From an uncultured Alphaproteobacteria bacterium (GTDB taxonomy: Bacteria; Pseudomonadota; Alphaproteobacteria; Rhizobiales; Xanthobacteraceae), in the NCBI GenBank assembly GCA_963742215.1, contig CAVULJ010000009.1:84623-148622 (forward strand): a DNA stretch of 64,000 bases, given 5' to 3'. Positions 1 to 10,337 of this stretch are shown in pieces (position 1 is the stretch's first letter; each line of letters starts with the position of its first letter). The notes under the pieces were generated by a model. That model did no database searches and was not told the origin of the DNA. It was given only the letters and a program-made list of their open reading frames with translations. The position numbers were made by a program, and so were the translations under genes.

Positions 1-1517
<1,517 letters not shown>

Positions 1518-1843
1518 TCGGGATGCTTTCCTAAAATCCAAACGATTTTCGGCGCCGCGAATTTTGCCAGCGGCTGCATAGGTCGGCCACGCCGCGATGC
1601 GTGACGCGCATGCCGTTTGCTTGAATGGTCGGTCTTGAGGAGCGCCGCGGCGAATAATGCCTTTGCCGCAGTCTCTTACAGAATAGTTCCAGCATCTCAT
1701 TGATGCCAAATAGATTTCACGGTCTCGCCTAAAGCCCTCAATGTGATGTTGCGACGCACAATGACCACATTTCGTAGGTCAAAGCGCACACGGCTCCAGG
1801 CACGGGGTCGAATCACCCTTCCCTTCAACAACTCAATAGGCAG

Positions 1844-2209
1844 ATGATGGCTCGTTACAGCCCGGGAAAACTTGTCTTTGCTTTCGCTTTTATCGCTTCG
1901 ACTATCGGACTTACGCTGACCGCCTCGGCGGAGACCGGAATTGCTTCGGTCTATAATTATGCCGGCCATCCCACCGCGGACGGCGAACGGGCATCGCCCT
2001 CAGCGATGAACGCGGCGCACCGCACGCTGCCATTCGGCACGCTGGTGCGGGTGACCAACGACCGCACCGGCCGCTCCGTCGTGGTGCGCATCAACGATCG
2101 CGGGCCATTCGTTGCCGGCCGCGTGATCGACCTGACGCCCGCGGCGGCGCAGGCGCTCGGCTTTTCCGGCCTCGCGCAAGTGACGCTCGAAGTGGTCGGG
2201 CGAAGCTGA
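1844..2209 (+). CDS. RlpA-like double-psi beta-barrel (septal ring lytic transglycosylase RlpA family) small exported protein
   Basis: Hydrophobic signal-like N-terminus, then the RlpA core [45 protein letters not shown]. Confidence 0.8.
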   Translation: MMARYSPGKLVFAFAFIASTIGLTLTASAETGIASVYNYAGHPTADGERASPSAMNAAHRTLPFGTLVRVTNDRTGRSVVVRINDRGPFVAGRVIDLTPAAAQALGFSGLAQVTLEVVGRS

Positions 2210-2251
2210 CGGCGGCGTCGGCCAATTTCATCAACAACGAATAGGTGCAAC

Positions 2252-2632
2252 ATGGCTCGCGGCAGCCTGATCAGGCTTTCGTCGTCTCTCGTCCTTCTGG
2301 CTTCGGCACTACTTGCCACGACGATCGGCCTGCCGATGACGATATCGGCCGAAACCGGAATTGCATCGGTCAACGCCTATTCCGGCGAGCTGACCGCGAA
2401 CGGTGAAACACCGTCGCCCGACTGGCTGACGGCGGCACACCGCACCTTGCCGTTCGGCACGCTGGTGCGGGTGACCAATGACGTCACCGGCGCGTGGGTG
2501 ATGGTCCGCATCAACGACCGCGGCCCATTTGTCGCCGGCCGCATCATCGATCTCACACCGGCCAGCGCCCAGGCGATCGGCTCCGACGGCTTGGCGCATG
2601 TCTCGCTCGACATCGTCGGCTGGAGCGGCTGA
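2252..2632 (+). CDS. RlpA-like double-psi beta-barrel protein, tandem paralog
   Basis: Same core as the preceding gene ([45 protein letters not shown]), 42 nt downstream. Confidence 0.8.
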   Translation: MARGSLIRLSSSLVLLASALLATTIGLPMTISAETGIASVNAYSGELTANGETPSPDWLTAAHRTLPFGTLVRVTNDVTGAWVMVRINDRGPFVAGRIIDLTPASAQAIGSDGLAHVSLDIVGWSG

Positions 2633-2660
2633 CAGCAACGCCGGCCAATGTCTTCGTCCT

Positions 2661-2691
2661 AAAACGGGAGGCTTCGGCCTCCCGTTTTTTT
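2661..2691 (+). terminator. Rho-independent terminator after the RlpA-like pair
   Basis: Perfect hairpin AAAACGGGAGGC-TTCG-GCCTCCCGTTTT followed by a T-run. Confidence 0.8.
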
Positions 2692-2721
2692 GATTCTCCT
2701 TCCCCGCGTCCATCCCTTTTT

Positions 2722-2835
2722 CCTCCCCCGCTTGCAGGGGAGGGAAGGGAGGGGGGGCCGCGGCTTGCGCAAGCGTTGAACACTGGCCCCCTCTGGCTTC
2801 GCTTCGCTCGCCGCCTCCCCCGCAAGCGGGGGAGG
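2722..2835. repeat. Pair of GC-rich REP-like hairpins (CCTCCCC-GC..GC-GGGGAGG type)
   Basis: CCTCCCCCGCTTGCAGGGGAGG (2722-2744) and CCTCCCCCGCAAGCGGGGGAGG (2814-2835) are two near-identical self-complementary units in a non-coding gap. The spurious ORFs there read ...PLAGEGREGG.../...LPRKRGR.... Confidence 0.5.
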
Positions 2836-3245
2836 ATAAGCGTCATCGTTCTCGCGGCGCGAACGCGCCCGAGTTTTGCCAAGCTATTCCCAAGAAAGCT
2901 CCTTCAAATGGGGGGAGATGGAGCGCCGGGAGGCGCCAAAGGTCTTGGGCCGCGCCACGCGAACGGATGTTACCACCCGCCCGCGCTTCGGGCGCGGCGC
3001 GCGCCACAGAACGATCCGCTTGCGCGAACCACCTGCTTCGGGCGCGCGGCGCCTCCCGGCGCTCCACCGCGGCTTTCGCCGGGCGGCCGGCCGCCCCGCG
3101 GGTACCGCACTCGCCCCACCGTCGGGCCTGCCTCCCGACGGCGCCCTTCATGAGCGAGATTCGCCGCTGTGTAACCGAAATGGTGACTTATGTCAATGCA
3201 AATGTGACGCATGGCGACAGCAGGCTTCTGCCGCGGGGCCGTGCC

Positions 3246-3260
3246 TTCCAATTTTTGGAA
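3246..3260. promoter_or_regulatory. Palindrome TTCCAA-N3-TTGGAA about 20 nt upstream of higB (candidate HigA operator)
   Basis: Perfect 6-bp inverted repeat seen directly. The operator role is inferred only from its position in front of an autoregulated-type TA operon. Confidence 0.35.
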
Positions 3261-3280
3261 TTTCGTGTCATGCTGCATGG

Positions 3281-3592
3281 ATGATCGTGTTCGGCAGGGA
3301 ATTGATCGAAGACTATCTTGCCGATCACGCCGGGCATAAAGGAATTAAGGCGGCACGATCGCAGTATGTAGCTTGGCTCGACATCGTGAGCCGCGCGCTG
3401 TGGCACAACCCGGAGGATGTGAAGGCGTCGTATCCGAAGGCGAGCATTCTCAAGGCCGGCCGGGTTGTCTTTAACATCAAAGGAAACGATTACCGCTTGG
3501 TCGCTCGCGTTCAATATCAGTCAGGCGTTTTGGCGATCCGGTTCTTCGGAACTCATGCCGAGTACGACAAAATCGATGCGGAGACCGTGTGA
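3281..3592 (+). CDS. higB: Type II toxin-antitoxin system HigB-family toxin
   Basis: 103-aa product ending ...RVVFNIKGNDYRLVARVQYQSGVLAIRFFGTHAEYDKIDAETV, the characteristic HigB_toxin C-terminal signature. Internal ATG 3281 of the listed longer ORF fits the family length. Confidence 0.85.
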   Translation: MIVFGRELIEDYLADHAGHKGIKAARSQYVAWLDIVSRALWHNPEDVKASYPKASILKAGRVVFNIKGNDYRLVARVQYQSGVLAIRFFGTHAEYDKIDAETV

Positions 3593-3993
3593 TGGATGCA
3601 ACACTGATCTTGATCGATAGCGCTGCGGAGCTTGCCCGCGCTCGCGCGCTCGTTGATCGGCTTTGGGAGTCGAATGATTCAGGCGACATTGCGAGACTCC
3701 AGGCGCAAGCGCGTATCATCGCCGCCTATGAGGAGAGCAAATGGCCGCGGCAGCGGCCGAGCACCGCGGACTTGATCCGCCACCTTATGGATCAACACGG
3801 TCTCACCCGCGCCGACATGGTGCCGATCCTCGGCACCCCAAGCCGCGTCAGCGAGGTTCTTCGCGGTAAGAAGGGTTTGAGCATGGCAATGGTGCAGCGG
3901 CTTCGCGCCCGCTTCCATGTTCCGGCCGAGTTGCTGCTGCCGCCTATAAAGAGAACATCGGCACGGCGCACGACCAAACGCGCTGCAGCGTGA
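3589..3993 (+). CDS. higA: HigA-family antitoxin / XRE-type HTH protein
   Basis: Start overlaps the higB stop (GTGATG). C-terminal HTH ...HGLTRADMVPILGTPSRVSEVLRGKKGLSMAMVQRLRARFHVPAELLL is typical of HigA partners of HigB. Confidence 0.8.
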   Translation: MMDATLILIDSAAELARARALVDRLWESNDSGDIARLQAQARIIAAYEESKWPRQRPSTADLIRHLMDQHGLTRADMVPILGTPSRVSEVLRGKKGLSMAMVQRLRARFHVPAELLLPPIKRTSARRTTKRAAA

Positions 3994-4126
3994 TGCGAAG
4001 TGAGTAGTGAGTAGGCTGTCTGGAGCAAAGCGGAACGCAGGAATTAAGATGGCGGGATCTCCGCTTTTACTCCGCCGGCTGCTTGGGCTTGGCCCGAACG
4101 AAGGTCGCCTTGAGATTGTCCCAGAG

Positions 4127-5932
4127 CTAAATCTTGGCGCCGTGCTTGTGCATGATGACGCTTTGCTGCAGCACCGACAGCGAGTTGTTCCAGGCCCAGT
4201 AGATCACCAGCCCGGCCGGGAAATTCGCCAGCATGAAAGTGAAGATCAGCGGCATCCAGCTAAAGATCATCTGCTGGGTCGGATCGGGCGGCGCCGGATT
4301 GAGCTTCATCTGCACCCACATGGTCACGCCCATCATCGCCGGCCAGAAGCCGAGATGCAGGAAGCCGCCGAGCACCGGGATGATCGACGGATCGAACGGG
4401 ATCAAGCCGCCCAGCGTGAAAATGTTGGTCGGGTCCGGCGCCGAGAGGTCGTGGATCCAGCCGTAGAACGGCGCGTGCCGCATCTCGATGGTAATGAACA
4501 GCACCTTGTAGAGCGAGAAGAAGACCGGAATCTGGATGGCGATCGGCAGGCAGCCGGCGATCGGATTGATCTGCTCCTTCTTGTAGAGCTCCATCATCGC
4601 CTGCTGCTGCTTCAACTTGTCGTCGGCATAACGCTCCTTGATCATCGCCATCTGCGGCTGCACCGCCTTCATCTTCGCCATCGAGGCGTAAGACTTGTTG
4701 GCGAGCGGGAAGAACAGCAGCTTGACGATCACCGTGACGATCAGGATGGCGATGCCGAAATTGCCGACCAGATGGAAGAAATAGTCGATGCCGAGAAACA
4801 TCGGCTTGGTGATGAAGTAGAACCAGCCCCAGTCGATCAACAGATCGAAATGGTTGAGCCCGAGGGCCGCGTTATAGCCGCCATCGATGCCGCCGAGGAA
4901 ATTGATGCCGACGACGGAGACTTCCTTGGCGCCGGCGAACAGTCGCCCATCAGCCGATCCGGTTCCGCCCGGCGCGATGGTCTGCGCGGCCAAGAGATAA
5001 TCGGTCTGGTAGGTTTTCAGCCCGTTCTCGTCGCCGGCGGAGAAGCGCGCGGTGACCTTGGCATCGGTATCGGGCAACAGCGCGGCGGCAAAATATTTGT
5101 CGGTGAAACCAAGCCAGGAGTCGGTCGCCTCCCAGGTCTCCGACTTCTTGTCGTCCATTTTCTTGTAGGTCTCGGTCTGCTCGCCCTGGTCGCCCATGAC
5201 GCCGATCAGGCCTTCATGCAGGATGTAATAGCCGAGCACTTTTGGGGCGCCGTGGCGCGAGATTAGCGCATAAGGATACAGCGTGACCGGGTTGCCGCCT
5301 TTATTGGCGACGGTATCCCTGATGGTGAAGAGATAATGGTCGTCGATGGCGATGCTGCGCGTGAAGACGAGGCCCGCGCCGTTGTCGTAAGCGAGCGTCA
5401 CCGGATGATCGATGCCGAGCGCGCCTGAGCCCTGCTGCTGCCACACCGTATCGGGGCCCGGCATCACCGCACTGGTGCCGGCGGCGGGCACCCAGCCGAA
5501 TTCGGCGTAATAGGCGTCCGGCGCGCCGGACGGCGAGAACAATACGATCGGCGGCGAAGCCGGATCGATGGTTTCGCGATATTGCTGCAGCGTCAGGTCG
5601 TCGATACGCCCGCCCCTCAGATCGATCGAGCCGCCGAGCCGCGGTGTATCGATGGCCACGCGGGCTGTTGTCCCAATCACCGCCTCGCGCGATGCCGCTT
5701 GCGCCTGCGGCGACAGCGCGGTGCTCGGCACTCCCGGCGCTTCCGGAGCCGGCCCGGATTGCGTCGCGCCCGGCTGCGTGGCGCCGGGCTGCACTTGCGA
5801 CGGCTCCTGCTGCTTGAGCTGCGCCTCCTGGCGCTGCCGCTCCATCTGCGGGTAACCGATCAAAAGTTGCCAGCCGACGACGACAAGAATCGACAGCACG
5901 ACCGCCAGGATGGTGTTCTTGTGAGCGCCCAT
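4127..5932 (-). CDS. yidC: Membrane protein insertase YidC
   Basis: 601-aa product with an N-terminal TM segment, a large periplasmic domain and a C-terminal 5-TM insertase core (…FGIAILIVTVIVKLLFFPL…, …GCLPIAIQIPVFFSLY…). Canonical position downstream of rnpA. Confidence 0.95.
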   Translation of the reverse strand: MGAHKNTILAVVLSILVVVGWQLLIGYPQMERQRQEAQLKQQEPSQVQPGATQPGATQSGPAPEAPGVPSTALSPQAQAASREAVIGTTARVAIDTPRLGGSIDLRGGRIDDLTLQQYRETIDPASPPIVLFSPSGAPDAYYAEFGWVPAAGTSAVMPGPDTVWQQQGSGALGIDHPVTLAYDNGAGLVFTRSIAIDDHYLFTIRDTVANKGGNPVTLYPYALISRHGAPKVLGYYILHEGLIGVMGDQGEQTETYKKMDDKKSETWEATDSWLGFTDKYFAAALLPDTDAKVTARFSAGDENGLKTYQTDYLLAAQTIAPGGTGSADGRLFAGAKEVSVVGINFLGGIDGGYNAALGLNHFDLLIDWGWFYFITKPMFLGIDYFFHLVGNFGIAILIVTVIVKLLFFPLANKSYASMAKMKAVQPQMAMIKERYADDKLKQQQAMMELYKKEQINPIAGCLPIAIQIPVFFSLYKVLFITIEMRHAPFYGWIHDLSAPDPTNIFTLGGLIPFDPSIIPVLGGFLHLGFWPAMMGVTMWVQMKLNPAPPDPTQQMIFSWMPLIFTFMLANFPAGLVIYWAWNNSLSVLQQSVIMHKHGAKI

Positions 5933-6382
5933 TCAGTCGGTTCTCTTCGCTGTGCGATTGGCCGTGCCGTTGCGGCGGCTTGGCTCCGCACCGGATGGCA
6001 CTCGTTTATGTAAGCGGCCCGCCGACGCGGCACCAGTTGCGGCCTTGGCGCCGCTGGCCGACCCATGAACGTGATGCAGCGCGGCATCGAGTTCCCGGAC
6101 CAGGTCGCCAAACGGCACTTGCAGCGCCGCCCGCCGCCCAATCAGCACATAATCGTGGCCGGCACAAAGCACGGCTTGCGGCGCGAGGCGGACGGCCTCA
6201 CGCAGGCGACGCCGCACGCGGTTTCGCTCGACGGCATTGCCGACCTGGCGCGAAACAGTGAAGCCGACCCGGCAGGCGGCCTCGTCGCCGCGCGACCGCG
6301 CCTGCAAGACAAAGCCGCTCGCCGGCGCCCGCGCCCCTTTGGCGGCAGCCTGAAAGTCCGTCCGGCGTTTCAACCGCTCCAT
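5933..6382 (-). CDS. rnpA: Ribonuclease P protein component
   Basis: MERLKRRTDFQAAAKG...RVGFTVSRQVGNAVERNRVRRRLREAVR is the RnpA signature (RNR motif). It lies between rpmH and yidC, and its stop abuts the yidC start. Confidence 0.85.
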   Translation of the reverse strand: MERLKRRTDFQAAAKGARAPASGFVLQARSRGDEAACRVGFTVSRQVGNAVERNRVRRRLREAVRLAPQAVLCAGHDYVLIGRRAALQVPFGDLVRELDAALHHVHGSASGAKAATGAASAGRLHKRVPSGAEPSRRNGTANRTAKRTD

Positions 6383-6447
6383 GAGATCGACTTTGGGGCT
6401 CGATGAGAGGCATGCCGGACGATCCGCGTCCGGCTACGCGCTTAAAG

Positions 6448-6582
6448 CTACGCGCTCAGTTTCTTGCGCCCTTGTGCGCGCCGCGCGTTGAGCACTCTGC
6501 GGCCGCCTTTGGTCGCCATGCGGGCGCGAAAACCGTGACGGCGCTTGCGCACCAATTTGCTCGGCTGATAGGTCCGTTTCAC
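6448..6582 (-). CDS. rpmH: 50S ribosomal protein L34
   Basis: Not in the ORF track (44 aa). The reverse strand reads [49 protein letters not shown], essentially the L34 consensus, upstream of rnpA. Confidence 0.9.
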   Translation of the reverse strand: MKRTYQPSKLVRKRRHGFRARMATKGGRRVLNARRAQGRKKLSA

Positions 6583-6695
6583 GGCGTGCTCCAATGTCAA
6601 TATTGGCGCGGCTTATACGGAACCCCTTCCGGCCCGTCAAACGCTATAGAATGGGTATTACGGCGCTGCGACTGCGGCAGGTCTAAAGGCTGATT

Positions 6696-8166
6696 ATGAC
6701 GGAACAAACGACTGAAGCAGGCCACGAAACCAGACAACAAATCCGTCCCGATATCTGCGTCATCGGCGCCGGCGCGGGCGGGCTCGCGGCGGCCGCCGCG
6801 GCAGCGGCCTTCGGCGTCAATGTCGTGCTGATCGAAAACGGCGGCATGGGCGGTGCAAGCTCCAGTGCCGGCACGCTGCCGGCCAAGGCCTTGATCGCGG
6901 CGGCCGAGCGGGCCAACGCCTATCGCGACGGCGCACGCTTCGGGGTGAAGAGCGCGCGCTATGGCGTCGATTTCGCCGCGGTGCGCGCGCATGTGCGTGA
7001 CGTGCTCGCCGCGGTCGCGCCGGCGCAATCGCGCGAGCGTTTCAATGGCCTCGGAGTGCGCGTTATCGAGGGCGTCGGGCGTTTCCGCGATGCCGAGACC
7101 GTTGCCGTCAACGGCTTCGACGTCAAGGCGCGCCGCTTCGTGATCGCGACCGGCGGGTCGCCTGAACTGCCGCCGATACCGGGGCTGGCCGAAACACCGC
7201 ACCTCACCGCCGCGACCGTGTTCGAGCTTGCCGATTGTCCGCGCCATCTCATCGTCATCGGCGCCGGCGCGGCCGGTCTCGAACTGGCGCAGGCGTTTCG
7301 CCGCCTCGGCGCCGACGTCACCGTGCTCGAAGCGGCGGCGCCGCTTGCTGGCGAGGATCCGGAATGCGCGGGCGTCGTGCTCGACGCGCTCGCCCGCGAG
7401 GGCGTCGTCATCCGCGCCGGCGTGACGATCGCGCGGGTGCGGCGCGCGCTCGCGCGCGTGCAAGTCGATATCGTCACCGCGGCTGGCGGGCGAGACCGTA
7501 ACGGAAACGATCGAAGGCACGCACATCCTGGTCGCCGCCGGCCGGCGCCCGAACATGGAGGAGCTCGATCTCGACGCCGCCGGCATCGACTACGCACCCC
7601 GCGGCATCACCGTCAACCGCCGGCTGCGCACCAGCAACAAGCACGTCTATGCGATCGGCGAAGTAACGGGCGCGCCACCATTTGCGCACCTCGCCAATCA
7701 TCACGCCGGATTGGTGATCCGCAATGCGCTGTTCCGCACGCCGGTCAATGCGGATCGCCATGCCGTTCCGGCTGTGATCTGTACCGATCCCGAATTGGCT
7801 CAGGTCGGCATGACCGAAGACGAGGCGCGCGCGCATTCCGGCATCATCCGCGTGTTGCGCGCCTCTTACCGCGACAACGACCGGGCGCAGGCGACCGGAG
7901 CGACCAGCGGCCATATCAAGATCATCACCGACCGCCGGGGCGATATTCTCGGCGCCACCATCGTCGGCGCCGGCGCGACGGAAAATATCGCCGCCTGGGC
8001 ACTCGCCATAAACCAAAAACTGAATATCGACGCGCTCGCCGGTGTTATTGTGCCGTATCCGACCTATGCCGAGGTGGGAAAACGCGCCGCGATGACCTAT
8101 TTCACCCGTGGTTTGACCAGTCCGCTGGTCCGGCGCATCATAGGCTGGCTGCGTCGTTTTGGCTGA
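6696..8166 (+). pseudogene. FAD-dependent pyridine nucleotide-disulfide oxidoreductase family gene (Lpd/MerA/SthA-like), interrupted by one frameshift
   Basis: The N-terminal part (DICVIGAGAGGLAAA..., second Rossmann motif HLIVIGAGAAGLELA) is in frame 0 to about 7488. The C-terminal part (...ETVTETIEGTHILVAAGRRPNMEELDL...PYPTYAEV...) continues in frame +1. The switch lies in the G-run GGCGGGC at about 7485-7491. Confidence 0.75.
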
Positions 8167-8196
8167 TAAACGGCTGGATTGCGGCAAGGCTCGATC

Positions 8197-9687
8197 ATGA
8201 TCGATGAAACCGCCGCGCGACCGGAGCCGGTCCGGACGCCGCGATTTGGGCTTTCGGGAAAGCTCCTCGTCCTCACGATCCTGTTCGTGATGATCGCGGA
8301 AGTGCTGATCTATGTGCCTTCGGTCGCCAATTTCCGCGTCGTCTGGCTCAAGGACCGCCTCGCCACCGCCTATACCGCGGCGCTGGTGCTCGACGCCGCG
8401 CCGAACGGCGTCGTGTCGGACGCGCTCGCCAAGCAGATTCTCAATTCCATCGGCGCACGCGGCGTGGCGATGAAGATGGGCTCGCGACACCGCATGATCG
8501 CGGTCGACGACATGCCGCCCGCCATCAACGACGTGTACGACCTGCACGACCTGCGTGACGTCGACGCCATCGTCGATGCGTTCAAGACAATGCGCAACAC
8601 CAGAAAAGACGTCATGCGCGTCGTCGGACCGTTACCCGCGTCGACCAGCAACGACGAATATATCGAGCTGGTCATGGACGAACAGCCGTTGCGCAAGGCG
8701 ATGCTGCGCTATTCGGCTGACATTCTGTTTCTGTCGGTCGTCATTTCCGCCATTACCGCGGCGCTGGTTTACCTGGCGTTGCATTACATGTTCGTACGCC
8801 CGATGCGCCGCGTCACCGCCAACCTGATCGCGTTCCGCGCCGATCCGGAGAATGCCGACCGCGTCATCGTGCCGTCCGGCCGCATCGACGAGATCGGCAC
8901 CGCCGAGCGCGAACTTGCGACCATGCAGACCGAGCTTATCTCGACGCTGCACCACAAGAACCGGCTTGCCAGCCTCGGGCTTGCGGTGTCGAAGATCAAT
9001 CACGACCTGCGCAATCTGCTGGCCTCGGCGCAACTGTTCTCCGACCGCCTCGCCACGATTCCCGATCCCGGCGTGCAGCGTTTCGCGCCCAAGCTGATGC
9101 ACGCGCTCGAACGCGCCATCGCCTTCTGCCAGTCGACGTTGTCCTATGGCGGGCTGCAGGAGCCGCCGCCGGATCGCCGCGAAATCCTGCTCGAGCCTTT
9201 GGTCGAGGAGGTGCACGAGACGCTCGGGCTCGGCGCCGACGGGCCGATCCGGTGGATCAGTGCGGTCGAGCGCGGTCTCATCGTCGAGGCCGATTACGAT
9301 CAGTTGTTCCGCATCCTGCTCAACCTGTCGCGCAATGCCGTGCAGGCGATGGAAAGCCAGGCCCGCGAAAGCCGCGCCGACCGCGATCCCGGCCGCGACC
9401 AGATCCGCGTTACCGGCCGTCGCGAAGGCTCCGTGGTGGTGATCGAAGTGTCTGACACCGGTCCCGGATTTTCCGAGAAAGCGCGCGCGCATCTGTTCGA
9501 GGCGTTCCAGGGCTCGACCCGCACCGGCGGTACCGGCCTTGGCCTCGCCATCGCCGCCGAGCTGGTGCGCGCCCATGGTGGCGAAATCCGCCTGGTCGAA
9601 GGCACGATCGGGGCGACGCTGCGGCTGACCATTCCCGACCGCGCCGTCGAGCTTGCCGCCCATCGCGGCGCCCGCGCGCACGGTTAA
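8197..9687 (+). CDS. Membrane sensor histidine kinase (HAMP-like/HisKA/HATPase_c)
   Basis: Two TM segments, H-box LGLAVSKINHDLRNLL, N-box LLNLSRNAVQAM, G-boxes DTGPGF and GTGLGLAIA. ATG 8197 is preferred over the listed upstream start. Confidence 0.85.
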   Translation: MIDETAARPEPVRTPRFGLSGKLLVLTILFVMIAEVLIYVPSVANFRVVWLKDRLATAYTAALVLDAAPNGVVSDALAKQILNSIGARGVAMKMGSRHRMIAVDDMPPAINDVYDLHDLRDVDAIVDAFKTMRNTRKDVMRVVGPLPASTSNDEYIELVMDEQPLRKAMLRYSADILFLSVVISAITAALVYLALHYMFVRPMRRVTANLIAFRADPENADRVIVPSGRIDEIGTAERELATMQTELISTLHHKNRLASLGLAVSKINHDLRNLLASAQLFSDRLATIPDPGVQRFAPKLMHALERAIAFCQSTLSYGGLQEPPPDRREILLEPLVEEVHETLGLGADGPIRWISAVERGLIVEADYDQLFRILLNLSRNAVQAMESQARESRADRDPGRDQIRVTGRREGSVVVIEVSDTGPGFSEKARAHLFEAFQGSTRTGGTGLGLAIAAELVRAHGGEIRLVEGTIGATLRLTIPDRAVELAAHRGARAHG

Positions 9688-9706
9688 GGCACGAGGCATA
9701 TCGACA

Positions 9707-9883
9707 ATGGATGCGACACAAATTATCGGCGTGCTCGGCACAATCTTTATTGTCGGATTTCTCATCTTTGGATTCCGCCAGGGATTGCGCGTCAAGCCCG
9801 AACGCCGGGAGGATCATGGGCCGTCGGTCGGCACCGGCACCGACCACGCCGGCGGCGACGGCGGGCAGGGCGGAGATGCATAA
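9707..9883 (+). CDS. Small hypothetical membrane protein (58 aa)
   Basis: ATG 9707 gives MDATQIIGVLGTIFIVGFLIFGF... (one TM helix) plus a Gly/Asp-rich tail. No family recognised. Confidence 0.35.
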   Translation: MDATQIIGVLGTIFIVGFLIFGFRQGLRVKPERREDHGPSVGTGTDHAGGDGGQGGDA

Positions 9884-9954
9884 TTTTAGCCGTCGGCAGT
9901 GGTTAATTGGGCCGCCTTGCCATCGCCGGTCGAAGGCGATAGCTACGACCCGCC

Positions 9955-10031
9955 GCGCCCGTAGCTCAGCTGGATAGAGCACCAGACTACGAATTTGGGG
10001 GTCAGGAGTTCGAATCTCTTCGGGCGCGCCA
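9955..10031 (+). tRNA. tRNA-Arg (anticodon ACG)
   Basis: 77-nt cloverleaf folded by hand: acceptor GCGCCCG/CGGGCGC, D-arm GCTC-AGCTGGATA-GAGC, anticodon arm CCAGA-CTACGAA-TTTGG, T-arm AGGAG-TTCGAAT-CTCTT, encoded CCA. Confidence 0.9.
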
Positions 10032-10337
10032 CTCAGCTTTTGAATTTGCAAAGCTCGCCCTCGATGCCGCGCGGAATTTTCCGCCGCCACCGCCGCCGCG
10101 CTTACGGCGATCATGACGGCGGATCAATCGACGGTTCGGGATCGAGAAAAATCGCCGCGCCGGCATTGCCGCCGGCCAAAACGTGACGCGACCGTGAACG
10201 TCAGGGCCAGCAAATTCGGGCGCGGGGGCCGTGCTTGGCACCGCTTCCCCACCATGCTAGCCTTTTTGAACGCTCATCGATTGAGCCAATGAAATAAGTT
10301 CAACCCGGCTCGACCGCGAGCCGCGCCAGCCCCGGGG

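Noticed and set aside
4007-5266. 419-aa plus-strand ORF and other long ORFs overlapping yidC
   Set aside because: Antisense to an unmistakable YidC gene. The His/Arg/Asp-rich nonsense composition is typical of wrong-frame ORFs in GC-rich DNA.
6597-9795. Long minus-strand ORFs (329, 357 and 387 aa) opposite the oxidoreductase and kinase genes
   Set aside because: They have no recognisable motifs and an Arg/Gly/Ala-rich composition, and they overlap well-supported plus-strand genes. The same applies to 33808-34793, 35259-35838, 36883-37842, 43446-44415 and similar ORFs.
10032-10337. Genomic island integrated at tRNA-Arg
   Set aside because: There is no integrase, no direct repeat of the tRNA 3' end and no compositional shift downstream. 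The following genes look like ordinary chromosomal genes.
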